Both the position numbers and the translations under genes were made by a program. Below are positions 1 to 11,125 of a stretch of DNA of 37,315 nucleotides, piece by piece. Below the pieces are notes generated by a model. The model saw nothing but the letters and a program-made list of their open reading frames with translations, searched no databases and was not told the origin of the DNA. Every line of letters starts with the position of its first letter. Positions within the stretch are counted from its first letter, which is position 1. Location of the stretch: positions 1 to 37,315 of the forward strand of contig JBEKHN010000019.1 in the NCBI GenBank assembly GCA_050012255.1, in the 5' to 3' direction. The DNA comes from Candidatus Bathyarchaeia archaeon. Its GTDB lineage: Archaea; Thermoproteota; Bathyarchaeia; Bathyarchaeales; Bathycorpusculaceae.

Positions 1-149
1 TTGTCCAGAAGGATGTTTTCAGGGATTGTTCTGCGCACGAGCTTTTCCATTTTTGCATGTTGAAGTATATACTGGAGTGAAACAGCAATTTCACGTTCAA
101 CCGCTTTGTTTAGCAAGTCTATATATGCTGTTGTTGTTTTGGCAGCCAT
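1..149 (-). CDS. Ferritin-like (bacterioferritin-type) protein, N-terminal part, runs off window
   Basis: Manual translation MAAKTTTAYIDLLNKAVEREIAVSLQYILQH..., resembling the LLNKAxxxExxxSxQYxxQH first helix of ferritin-like proteins; not in ORF track. Confidence 0.65.
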   Translation of the reverse strand, partial: MAAKTTTAYIDLLNKAVEREIAVSLQYILQHAKMEKLVRRTIPENILLD

Positions 150-293
150 GATTAATCACAACTTCTACTCAGAAAGGAACAATTACTTAGATATAAGATT
201 TTTTTAGTACGCGCTAAATATTAGTCGTCGTCACCGTCGTAGTCACTGTTTGGGTTTGGGGTAAAGTTTACATCCTACATTAGCGCGCGCTGA

Positions 294-479
294 TCATAGA
301 ACATACTCTTCGCCGTATTCTATTGTCTGCACATTGTTACAGTGGTTTTTGAACAGTTGCTGGTTCTCTGTGTGCACTGGAAAAACTCGTTTGGGTTGGA
401 TGCAGCTGATCAAGTCTACCACCTGGTATTTGTTTAAGTGACCAGAAGCGTGAATCTGATGAAACTGCATTTTGAAGTG
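294..479 (-). pseudogene. C-terminal fragment of RNase J-like beta-CASP/MBL-fold hydrolase
   Basis: HFKMQFHQIHASGH...IQPKRVFPVHTE...EEYVL* carries the HASGH and PVH-x-E motifs; in-frame stop at 480-482 and no N-terminal domain. Confidence 0.75.
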
Positions 480-544
480 TTATATCCGCGCGCGCTCCCT
501 CTCTTTTTTAACCTCCAAGCCTGTTACCCTTTTTGAGCACTACT

Positions 545-565
545 TTGGGAAAGTTTAATTCCCAA
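545..565 (+). promoter_or_regulatory. Inverted repeat overlapping a BRE/TATA-like element
   Basis: TTGGGAA-AGTTTAA-TTCCCAA, perfect 7-bp arms around AAAGTTTAA, about 35 nt upstream of ATG 597. Confidence 0.45.
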
Positions 566-596
566 GAAGATGAATAGAGTGACGCAGGGGAGAAGA

Positions 597-734
597 ATGA
601 AACTCAAGGATGACGTGCCCACATGTGAAAGATGCGGCTATCCGATTGACGACTGCAAGTGCATGTGTCCATACTGCGGCGAATCTTCTGGTTGCGAGTG
701 TTGCATTGGCGCAGACGCAGTGACCGGGGGCTGA
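597..734 (+). CDS. Small Cys-rich protein (45 aa, 9 Cys) ending in Gly-Gly
   Basis: Manual translation MKLKDDVPTCERCGYPIDDCKCMCPYCGESSGCECCIGADAVTGG*; alternative in-frame ATG at 570; below ORF track cutoff. Confidence 0.75.
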   Translation: MKLKDDVPTCERCGYPIDDCKCMCPYCGESSGCECCIGADAVTGG

Positions 735-789
735 GAACGGATCTTTTGCCCCAAGAGACTTGTTCGTAAATTATGCAGGGAGGATTCCG

Positions 790-3664
<2,875 letters not shown>

Positions 3665-3694
3665 TCTCGAAAAGCTTGATTGAGGAGTTCTAGA

Positions 3695-4135
3695 TTGAGC
3701 TTGAAAGAGTATGAGCGTAAGAGAGACTTCGACAAAACTGCAGAACCAAAGGGCGACCTACAAGAAGGACATGGCAGTATCTACGTGGTTCAGAAGCACG
3801 CTGCGACGCATCTGCACTACGATCTGCGTTTGGAGATGGACGGCACGCTGAAAAGCTGGGCTATCCCGAAAGAGCCGCCCATTGAGCTCGGTGTCAAAAG
3901 ACTCGCGGTCCAAGTTGAGGATCACCCCATATCGTACGCGACGTTTCAAGGAACCATTCCCAAGGGCGAATATGGCGCAGGAACAGTTGAGATCTGGGAT
4001 AAGGGAACGTACGAGTTGATAGACAGAAAAGAGGACAAACTCATCGTGGAAATCAACGGCGAAAAGCTACGCGGGGCCTATGTCCTCGTCAGACTGAAGA
4101 GCAAGCAGAACTGGCTCTTCTTCAAGAAAAAGTGA
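3695..4135 (+). CDS. Stand-alone DNA ligase D 3'-phosphoesterase (PE) domain protein
   Basis: [59 protein letters not shown]; start could also be 3680. Confidence 0.9.
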   Translation: MSLKEYERKRDFDKTAEPKGDLQEGHGSIYVVQKHAATHLHYDLRLEMDGTLKSWAIPKEPPIELGVKRLAVQVEDHPISYATFQGTIPKGEYGAGTVEIWDKGTYELIDRKEDKLIVEINGEKLRGAYVLVRLKSKQNWLFFKKK

Positions 4136-4396
4136 ACGTAGCTGACGTCTCTTTTAGATGTTCGTTGTCATGCATTGTAGCTTGAGCAAAGTGGTGCTGA
4201 GATATGCAAACAGTTCATCATTTTGTGCACTTTGCTGTTTCCGCTATTTCAAGTGTTTACTCTTTTTCTATCATAGAACAAACTTTCAGAAGCTTATTAT
4301 AGTTAAACGGGGCAGTATTTGATTGTGAACATTGCCAGTAGATCTGGTATTTGTTCGCGATTCAAGTGTTTAAATTGGGTAAAGGAGAAAGGAAGG

Positions 4397-6784
4397 ATGA
4401 AGAAGCGTAGTTCTAAGGCTATAGTTTTGCTTTTCATAGCGATTCTATCCATAAGTGTTGCGTCAGTGTTTCGTACGTATGCACCGTCGATCGAGTGGCA
4501 GGGGTACGTTAAACCATCATTCATAGACTATGCACCCAGCGGGATGCCGGACTTCGATCAAAAGCAGATTGGTTGGGGTCCAGCGCTGGGTGTCTACACT
4601 TGGTGTGGTCCTGTTGCAGTCGCAAACTCGTTGTGGTGGCTCGACTCAGAATACGAATCGTTGGTGTTCGCTAACCCTGTGGCACCACCGACGATAAGTG
4701 ACCACTTTCCCCTAGTAAAGGCCTTTGGCACAGCGTTTGATGATCATGACCAAAGCAACGTTCTTCCGCTTGTGACGACTTTGGCTTACTTGATGGACAC
4801 TGATGGTCTTCAGAGTCACGATGGTCACTGGGGAACACGTTGGCAAGACCTGGAAAGTGGAACCAAGTATTACCTAGCCCAGCAGGGACTAGCCAAATAC
4901 TTTGAGGTTCACAACCGAACTTTCCCAGACTTTGGTTGGTTGAGCAACGAGATCCTGAATTGTCAGGACGTTGAACTATTCCTCGAGTTCTACCAATGGA
5001 ATGGAGCAAGTTGGTACCCGGTCACCAGCATTCCAAGTCTTGAGTCTGGTCACTTTGTGACTTGTGCGGGCGTGAACGTCACAAAAAGCCAAGTGCTTAT
5101 AAGTGACCCGTGGCAGGACGCGTATGAAGCCGGAACCGCTCCTGGACGCTCGCCCGTTGCGCACCCGGCTGGCCACAACGCTACGGTCCACAACGATGCA
5201 CAGTACGTTTCACAAGATGCCTACAACATGACAGTGCGGATCTTTACGCCACCCATAACCATGCCGCCACCAGATGCTTATCCAAATACGGTATACGAGT
5301 TGGAAGGCTATCTGCAGACCATGGGTATTTTCGACAACAGTTATCACACATTCGTCAGAGCAGCTGTAGCGACATCGCCTGTTGCTCAGTGGCCCGGGTA
5401 CACCAAGCCTGCATTTCCTGACTATGCACCTAGCGGCATGCCAGATTTTGACGAACAGCAAGACGCGTGGGGCAAGATGGGTACATACACCTGGTGTGTT
5501 CCTGTGGCTGTTGCGGACTCGTTGTGGTGGCTCGACTCAGAATTCGAATCACTCATGTTTGCCAACCCTGTGGCGCCACCGACAATAAGTGATCACTTCA
5601 ACTTGGTAAACTCGTCAAACCCCTCGAATTGGGACGATCATGATCCAAACAACGTTATGTCTCTTGTTCCGACTTTGGCATTTCTGATGGACACTGATGG
5701 TCTTGCGTCTGGGGACGGGCACTCAGGAACGAGGTGGACCGACATTCAGACGGGAATCCAAAAGTATCTAGTCCAACAAGGTGTGTCAAACATGTTTGAG
5801 GTTCACAACCAATCATTCCCAGAATTTGGATGGATAGACAAAGAAATCGAAAAGTGCCAGGACGTTGAGCTTTGCATTGAATTCTGGCAATGGAATGGAA
5901 CAGCGTGGACCAACACAACAGTCACAGAACCGTTTTTCCAATTCGGCCACTGTGTGGCGTGTGCAGGGGTGAACATCACAACAAGCCAGGTGCTTGTGTG
6001 CGACCCGGCACAAGATGCATACGAGGCTGGAACGGTTCCGGGACGCGAACCAATACCGCACGCGTACCCACATAACTCTACGGTTCATAATGATGCGCAG
6101 TACGTGTCTCAGGATGCTTACACAGTATCGTTGTTCAATTTCTCTAGCCTGCCTCTGCCTATGTCGACGCCACCGCCGGGTTACCCGCAGACCGTGTGGG
6201 AGCTGCAAAATTACCTCGGGCCGAGTTTTCACGCGTTCATAAAAGGTGCTATCGCAGTTTCGCCTGCATTGAACATAGTTCCAGTCAATGTCGAGAGTGA
6301 TAAAGACAAGTGCCTCCCAATGCCAACGGTTGGCAAGGGATTTCTAACGGACATAAACGCCACAGTCGTCAATAACGGATCAAGTGCAGAGAGCTTCACA
6401 GTCACCGTGTACGCAAACTCAACTGCCTTGGGAACCACGACAGTGAACAACTTGGCTCCAGGCGCAAACGTTACGGTTACCGTTGCGACTTGGAACACGA
6501 CCACCTGGGCTTACGGCCACTACTTCCTATCTGTAACAACCAACGCGTCTTATTCGACCTTTACAAGCGATCTTGCGGTGTGGGTGGTCATTCCTGGCGA
6601 CATCAACGGCGACGGCACAGTGGACATCTACGACGCCATACTGCTGTCTGGCGCCTTCAACTCCAGTCCAGGCAGTACAAAGTGGAACCCCAACGCAGAC
6701 ATAAACTGCGACGCCGTCGTTGACATCTACGACGCCATCCTGCTATCAGGTCACTTCAACAAGAGCCAAGTGTACGACCCATAG
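4397..6784 (+). CDS. Secreted protein with two tandem C39/papain-like domains, CARDB-like domain and C-terminal dockerin
   Basis: Signal peptide after MKKRSSK; duplicated units with DQ..WCxPVA, GHxV and DP; two EF-hand-like repeats GDINGDGTVDIYDAILL / ADINCDAVVDIYDAILL. Confidence 0.75.
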   Translation: MKKRSSKAIVLLFIAILSISVASVFRTYAPSIEWQGYVKPSFIDYAPSGMPDFDQKQIGWGPALGVYTWCGPVAVANSLWWLDSEYESLVFANPVAPPTISDHFPLVKAFGTAFDDHDQSNVLPLVTTLAYLMDTDGLQSHDGHWGTRWQDLESGTKYYLAQQGLAKYFEVHNRTFPDFGWLSNEILNCQDVELFLEFYQWNGASWYPVTSIPSLESGHFVTCAGVNVTKSQVLISDPWQDAYEAGTAPGRSPVAHPAGHNATVHNDAQYVSQDAYNMTVRIFTPPITMPPPDAYPNTVYELEGYLQTMGIFDNSYHTFVRAAVATSPVAQWPGYTKPAFPDYAPSGMPDFDEQQDAWGKMGTYTWCVPVAVADSLWWLDSEFESLMFANPVAPPTISDHFNLVNSSNPSNWDDHDPNNVMSLVPTLAFLMDTDGLASGDGHSGTRWTDIQTGIQKYLVQQGVSNMFEVHNQSFPEFGWIDKEIEKCQDVELCIEFWQWNGTAWTNTTVTEPFFQFGHCVACAGVNITTSQVLVCDPAQDAYEAGTVPGREPIPHAYPHNSTVHNDAQYVSQDAYTVSLFNFSSLPLPMSTPPPGYPQTVWELQNYLGPSFHAFIKGAIAVSPALNIVPVNVESDKDKCLPMPTVGKGFLTDINATVVNNGSSAESFTVTVYANSTALGTTTVNNLAPGANVTVTVATWNTTTWAYGHYFLSVTTNASYSTFTSDLAVWVVIPGDINGDGTVDIYDAILLSGAFNSSPGSTKWNPNADINCDAVVDIYDAILLSGHFNKSQVYDP
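4496..6266 (+). repeat. Intragenic tandem duplication, two units of about 890 bp (4496-5389, 5390-6266)
   Basis: Near-identical blocks such as TCGTTGTGGTGGCTCGACTCAGAAT, CACCGAC(G/A)ATAAGTGA and TGATGGACACTGATGGTCTT in both units. Confidence 0.9.
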
Positions 6785-6802
6785 CTCCCCCTCTTTTTCT
6801 TT
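6785..6802 (+). terminator. C-tract/T-tract terminator
   Basis: CTCCCCCTCTTTTTCTTT directly after the stop; similar tract at 30017-30032 after another gene. Confidence 0.5.
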
Positions 6803-7090
6803 ATGGTGGGCGAATCGAAACACTGCTCAACAACCATAGTTCTTCTTCACACTTCTGTCGAGGAGAAGGTAGGATTCTGGACGGTGGTAATGTTGGAAAC
6901 GAAAGTGACATGCTTCAGACTTGTCCGTTGAGGCACATGCCCTGACGTTGTTCCAAGGCGTTATCTAAGCAACGGTTTTTCGATGGTCAACAACCTGCCC
7001 GCTTGATATGACATGGCTTCGGAATGGTTGACCTTGGCTAGATGATTCTAGAAGTGTTGAAGGAATGATTTTGTTCTTTTCTCAGCTGGC

Positions 7091-7381
7091 TTATTCGTTT
7101 TCTTTTTCCTCGCTTTCGACCTTGGGTGTTCCAACAACCTCGGCTTCTGCAAACCTTCTGCTTATCCTTGTCACCTTGATTTTGACGTGCTCGCCTTGTT
7201 TAGTGTTTGGCACGAATATCACCAAGCCCTGTACTCTGGCTATTCCTTCTCCTCGGCTGCTAAGTTCTTCAATGTTCACTTCGTATTCTTTGCCAACCTC
7301 AACTGGTTTGGGGATGAACCCGCCTCTTTCACGTCTTCCGAATCCTCCTCTTCTGGGTTCGAATCTTCTTCTTTCCTCCAT
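7091..7381 (-). CDS. Single TRAM-domain protein (RNA chaperone)
   Basis: PKPVEVGKEYEVNIEELSSRGEGIARVQGLVIFVP...VKIKV; RGG-rich N-terminus. Confidence 0.9.
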   Translation of the reverse strand: MEERRRFEPRRGGFGRRERGGFIPKPVEVGKEYEVNIEELSSRGEGIARVQGLVIFVPNTKQGEHVKIKVTRISRRFAEAEVVGTPKVESEEKENE

Positions 7382-7431
7382 TCACCTCACCTCTCATAAT
7401 TGCTGGTAGAAACCAACTCGCCATCATGAGA

Positions 7432-7737
7432 CTACTCGACAGTCAGTGTCCCATATTTTCCGACGTTGAGTTGAATCTCGCCTCTGAAGCTTGTAACGTA
7501 ACCGTTTTCCACTCTTACAGTGTCGTTGACGTTCACTAGTTCGATCTGCTCGTTCCAGAGTGTCAGCTTCACTGTGCCTGTCTCGTCTGCGACCATGACC
7601 GTGGCCACCCGGAAGGTTTGGTCCTTGAAGCGGGAAACTACTTCCCGTGGGTCTGATTTTTCTGTGACTCGAGCTTGAACGTTGACGCGTTTCATTCCGT
7701 CGTGAAGTTCATTGATCTTCAAGCTTTTACTCTCCAT
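7432..7737 (-). CDS. ssb: Single OB-fold single-stranded DNA-binding protein
   Basis: KINEL..GMKRVNV, VADETGTVKLTLW, VENGYVTSFRGEIQLNVGKYG. Confidence 0.85.
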   Translation of the reverse strand: MESKSLKINELHDGMKRVNVQARVTEKSDPREVVSRFKDQTFRVATVMVADETGTVKLTLWNEQIELVNVNDTVRVENGYVTSFRGEIQLNVGKYGTLTVE

Positions 7738-8022
7738 TTAGGCTAGTCTTTCCGCGAGAGCGAACTTTTCTCCTACTGACCTGATCTTGACCCTGACTCG
7801 TTCTCCGATCTTGCTGCGCGGAACAAAGATGAGGTAACCTTCTATTCTGGCTATTCCGTCGGCCCTGCTTCCAATGTCGTCGATGACGAGTTCTATGTCC
7901 TGATTCTCCTTCACTGGCCTCGACTGCAAGAACGGCCTGCTCGGACGATACCTGCTTTGACTTCCGAACCTTCGGGGCTTCCTTGGTGCGTTCTTGGTTT
8001 TTTCTGGTAGCCGTCTTGGCAT
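7738..8022 (-). CDS. Single TRAM-domain protein
   Basis: PVKENQDIELVIDDIGSRADGIARIEGYLIFVP...VRVKI; Arg-rich N-terminus. Confidence 0.88.
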   Translation of the reverse strand: MPRRLPEKTKNAPRKPRRFGSQSRYRPSRPFLQSRPVKENQDIELVIDDIGSRADGIARIEGYLIFVPRSKIGERVRVKIRSVGEKFALAERLA

Positions 8023-8133
8023 CTTGAGTTTTCGTCCTTATCGCGGAACCAGCCTTCTTCCACAAAAACCCATCGTGCCAAACTCTGACACTTGAGCCTC
8101 GGTTAAGGCCGGTTAGATGCAGAAAAGCCCTTC

Positions 8134-8150
8134 AGCCATATAAATTTTGC
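8134..8150 (-). promoter_or_regulatory. BRE/TATA promoter of the TRAM-SSB-TRAM operon
   Basis: Minus strand GCAAAATTTATATGGCT about 115 nt upstream of ATG 8022. Confidence 0.45.
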
Positions 8151-8387
8151 TAACTGTTCATAACGCCCCGCTTCCACAGAGTTCAGCTTGGAAGTCTTCC
8201 TTGTAGGCGGAACCATTGTCTATTCAAGCGAAAACACTGGAGTCATTGTGAGAGGATGCGCCTCGGCTTTGCGGATAATGGTGCCCTGCTGTTGCGGCTG
8301 AATGAAGCTTGACAGAAGGTAGGCTAGTCCACAAGAAACAAAAAGTGGGTGCTTCTTTTTCTTTTAAAGTTGCTTTCTTCGCGGTTC

Positions 8388-9569
8388 TTATCCGAACAAG
8401 AAGCTTCCAATGAACAGGGTTACGAAGTAAGCCACTGTTGCTGCCAGCAAGCTCTTAGTCCAACCGAACCCGCCGAGCAGATGAACTGCAAGTCCGGCTA
8501 GTGCTATGGTCCAAACCCACACTGCTATCTGAATTACAGTTGCGGTCAGAGAAACAAAGTAGGTCTGATTTGAAATCGCGTTGGAGGCAGCTTGACCTGC
8601 GTCGCTAGGGACGCCACCACTTAGCGCAAAGGGCACTCTGATGTTAGACAGGGTTCCCCATGCGGCCGCGTTCACGACCGCTTGGACGACCATGGTGATA
8701 AGGAAGCATCCGATCACGATTAACAACGGTTTCCAGACAAGCTTTGCACCTAGCGCCCTTGACAACAAGTAGAGTACTCCTCCGAGGATAACCCATGTGA
8801 TGACAAACTGCAAAGCGTATGAAAAGGCAACGCTAAACACGTAAGAGCTGCCTACGGTTTCCAAGGAAGATTCGTACGGGCCGTGGAAAAAGAGACCATC
8901 CACCAGCAAGGTTATGTTCGAAACGGCTGGCCATGTTAGGTCCAGCTTGAAACCAGTGATGTTGCCCCAGTCTGCACCAGCATTGTCTTTATTCCATCCT
9001 GAAACGAGCTGGATGTCCGTCAGGTTGTTCCATTCATTAAAGGTAGAGCTGGAGAAGTTTTGAGTCAGATCGTAATAAGAGTAGTTAGAAGGGCTTGCTG
9101 AGAAGAGGTAAATGGTGGCGCTGACAGGGTTGTTCTGCGGGCTGAGCTGTTTCACTCTGAAATCAAGTTTGCTGTAGCCATCTGGACCGGAGCAGTTAAT
9201 GGGCCCTATGTTATTCAACTCCATCCAGACCTCACTGCTGCTTATCGAAAAAGCTATGCTCTTGGTTCCATAGTATTGGCGCACGTTTGCGGGGTAGCTT
9301 ACGGTGACAGCATCACTGCTCTCACTGACGGTGGTGTTGGGATTCGATGTCCAGAACGTCTTGCTCTCAGTCCATTCGTCATGGTTCAATCCGTTGGGCA
9401 ATGTCTGCTCAAAGTAGGTTTTTGATGAGCTTATGTAAACGTACCCCACGTTTGCTGCGACAAAAAGAACTACTATGAGGAGGGGACCCAAGTACGTCGG
9501 GTTTGCAGCTATTTCTTTGACTGCTTTGTACGGGGCGTAAATGACTTTGAGTAAGTTAGGAACCTGCAA
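8388..9569 (-). CDS. YIP1-like membrane protein with large extracytoplasmic insertion
   Basis: N-terminal VIYAPYKAVKEI..P plus TM helix, about 190-aa S/N/T-rich soluble segment, then 4-5 TM helices. Confidence 0.65.
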   Translation of the reverse strand: MQVPNLLKVIYAPYKAVKEIAANPTYLGPLLIVVLFVAANVGYVYISSSKTYFEQTLPNGLNHDEWTESKTFWTSNPNTTVSESSDAVTVSYPANVRQYYGTKSIAFSISSSEVWMELNNIGPINCSGPDGYSKLDFRVKQLSPQNNPVSATIYLFSASPSNYSYYDLTQNFSSSTFNEWNNLTDIQLVSGWNKDNAGADWGNITGFKLDLTWPAVSNITLLVDGLFFHGPYESSLETVGSSYVFSVAFSYALQFVITWVILGGVLYLLSRALGAKLVWKPLLIVIGCFLITMVVQAVVNAAAWGTLSNIRVPFALSGGVPSDAGQAASNAISNQTYFVSLTATVIQIAVWVWTIALAGLAVHLLGGFGWTKSLLAATVAYFVTLFIGSFLFG

Positions 9570-9616
9570 TGCCTTGCGCTCCGCTCTTAAGTTGCTGAAG
9601 GCTTATTAATGGTTTT

Positions 9617-11125
9617 CTACATTCCGACTTTCAATCGCCTGTAAGTCGTGTAGTCCACGTACTCTACGAAGGGGTTTTCTGCTTGATACCTGACTGTGAG
9701 CTTCTGGTTCTGCCTTTTTTCAAGTATCTGACTTGTCGTCATGAGCGAGTAAGCGTCGCTTCCCGCTCCTGAACCGTAGCTCGCAATAACGATTCGTTCA
9801 TCTGGCTTGGCGATGTCAAGCACGGCTGCGAGACCGACTGGCGAAGCGGCCGAATACGTGTTGCCGAATTTTGCTACTTGAAGCATGGGCAGATACTGTT
9901 CTTCCTTGAAGCCCAGTTCTTTTGCGATCCGCACTGGAAATTGAACGTTAGGCTGGTGGGCGACAAAATAGTTCACGTCAGCAACCTTCAGGTTGAGCCG
10001 TTCCATCAGTTTCTTAGCCGACTTTCTTATGTGCTTGAAGTAGGCTGGGTCTCCCGTGAACCTTCCGCCATGCATCGGATACGCTTCACCGTCCCTTCGC
10101 CAGAAGTCAGGAGTGTCTGAGGTGCAAGAGTACCACCCTTCAATCTCGGCGATAACGTCGCACTTTCCGAACATGAATGACGCTGCACCGTACCCTACGA
10201 ATATGTCCAGTTCCCCACCGGGGCAGTCTCTTGGCGCTGCTTGCGCGTTGTCGGTGCCAGTTACCATGGCGTATTTGATGTTTGACTTTGGATAATTGAC
10301 CAGTGAAGCTGCATCCTTGAACATGCTAGTGGCCGCTTTGCAAGCGAACTCTGTGTCCACGGCGTCAACTCCCTGCACGTCCTCATCTTCCTCTCCTAGC
10401 TTCAACACCTGCGCAACCTTTGACGCTATGGGCTTGACGGCGTAGGGGTTCGACTCCGAGCCTACGTAGATCTTGCCGATATGATTGCTGCCGACTCTGG
10501 CGTGAATGAGCGCGAGCTTTCCAGCCTCGACCGCAGCGGTTATGGAGTCCTCGTCTATGAATGGGACTGAGCGTTCGATGTTACCTTCCTTTATCCTGAA
10601 CTTTGAAGTGTAAACGCCGTAGCCGACGATGCCAGGCGAATCGTATTCCTTTTTCGGCTTCGCCACTTTGTATTCTTGGTGTGGATAATACTCGTCGGCA
10701 AACGTGAACGCCAGAGAGATCGTCGGAACAACATCGTTTCTGTCAACCGAGTAGCGTCTTCGGAACCTCGGGACGACGGTTCGTCCCTCGAGCGCTGAAA
10801 AATCGACATTCTCGTTGCATTTCGGCGTTCGGTCCGTGATGCGCCCTGGAACGCGTATCCTTCCATCGTGGAATGAAACTATGCCGTAGATGTAGTTTCC
10901 GAGCTTAGAAAACTTGTTTGTTGGCTCGTTGACGAGTGTGCAGACTTCGAGTTTGCCCTTTTCGTAGAAGAGGTCGTTTTCCTCCATCTTGCCGTAGCTT
11001 TTTCTTCCACAGTTTCCGCAGTAGTCTCGGATCTCAAAGTATTCTTTTCCACATATCCGACAACGGTTGCCCCTCAGCCTGTCTCCAAGGTAAGAAACTC
11101 TTCTCTCTATCGGTTCACTGCTCAT
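9617..11125 (-). CDS. mvaS: HMG-CoA synthase with N-terminal DUF35 (Zn-ribbon/OB-fold) fusion
   Basis: CRICG...CGNCG Zn ribbon, then DEDSITAAVEA, GSESNPYAVKP, FACKAAT, HQPN, GNTYS, SYGSGAGSDA. Confidence 0.9.
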   Translation of the reverse strand: MSSEPIERRVSYLGDRLRGNRCRICGKEYFEIRDYCGNCGRKSYGKMEENDLFYEKGKLEVCTLVNEPTNKFSKLGNYIYGIVSFHDGRIRVPGRITDRTPKCNENVDFSALEGRTVVPRFRRRYSVDRNDVVPTISLAFTFADEYYPHQEYKVAKPKKEYDSPGIVGYGVYTSKFRIKEGNIERSVPFIDEDSITAAVEAGKLALIHARVGSNHIGKIYVGSESNPYAVKPIASKVAQVLKLGEEDEDVQGVDAVDTEFACKAATSMFKDAASLVNYPKSNIKYAMVTGTDNAQAAPRDCPGGELDIFVGYGAASFMFGKCDVIAEIEGWYSCTSDTPDFWRRDGEAYPMHGGRFTGDPAYFKHIRKSAKKLMERLNLKVADVNYFVAHQPNVQFPVRIAKELGFKEEQYLPMLQVAKFGNTYSAASPVGLAAVLDIAKPDERIVIASYGSGAGSDAYSLMTTSQILEKRQNQKLTVRYQAENPFVEYVDYTTYRRLKVGM

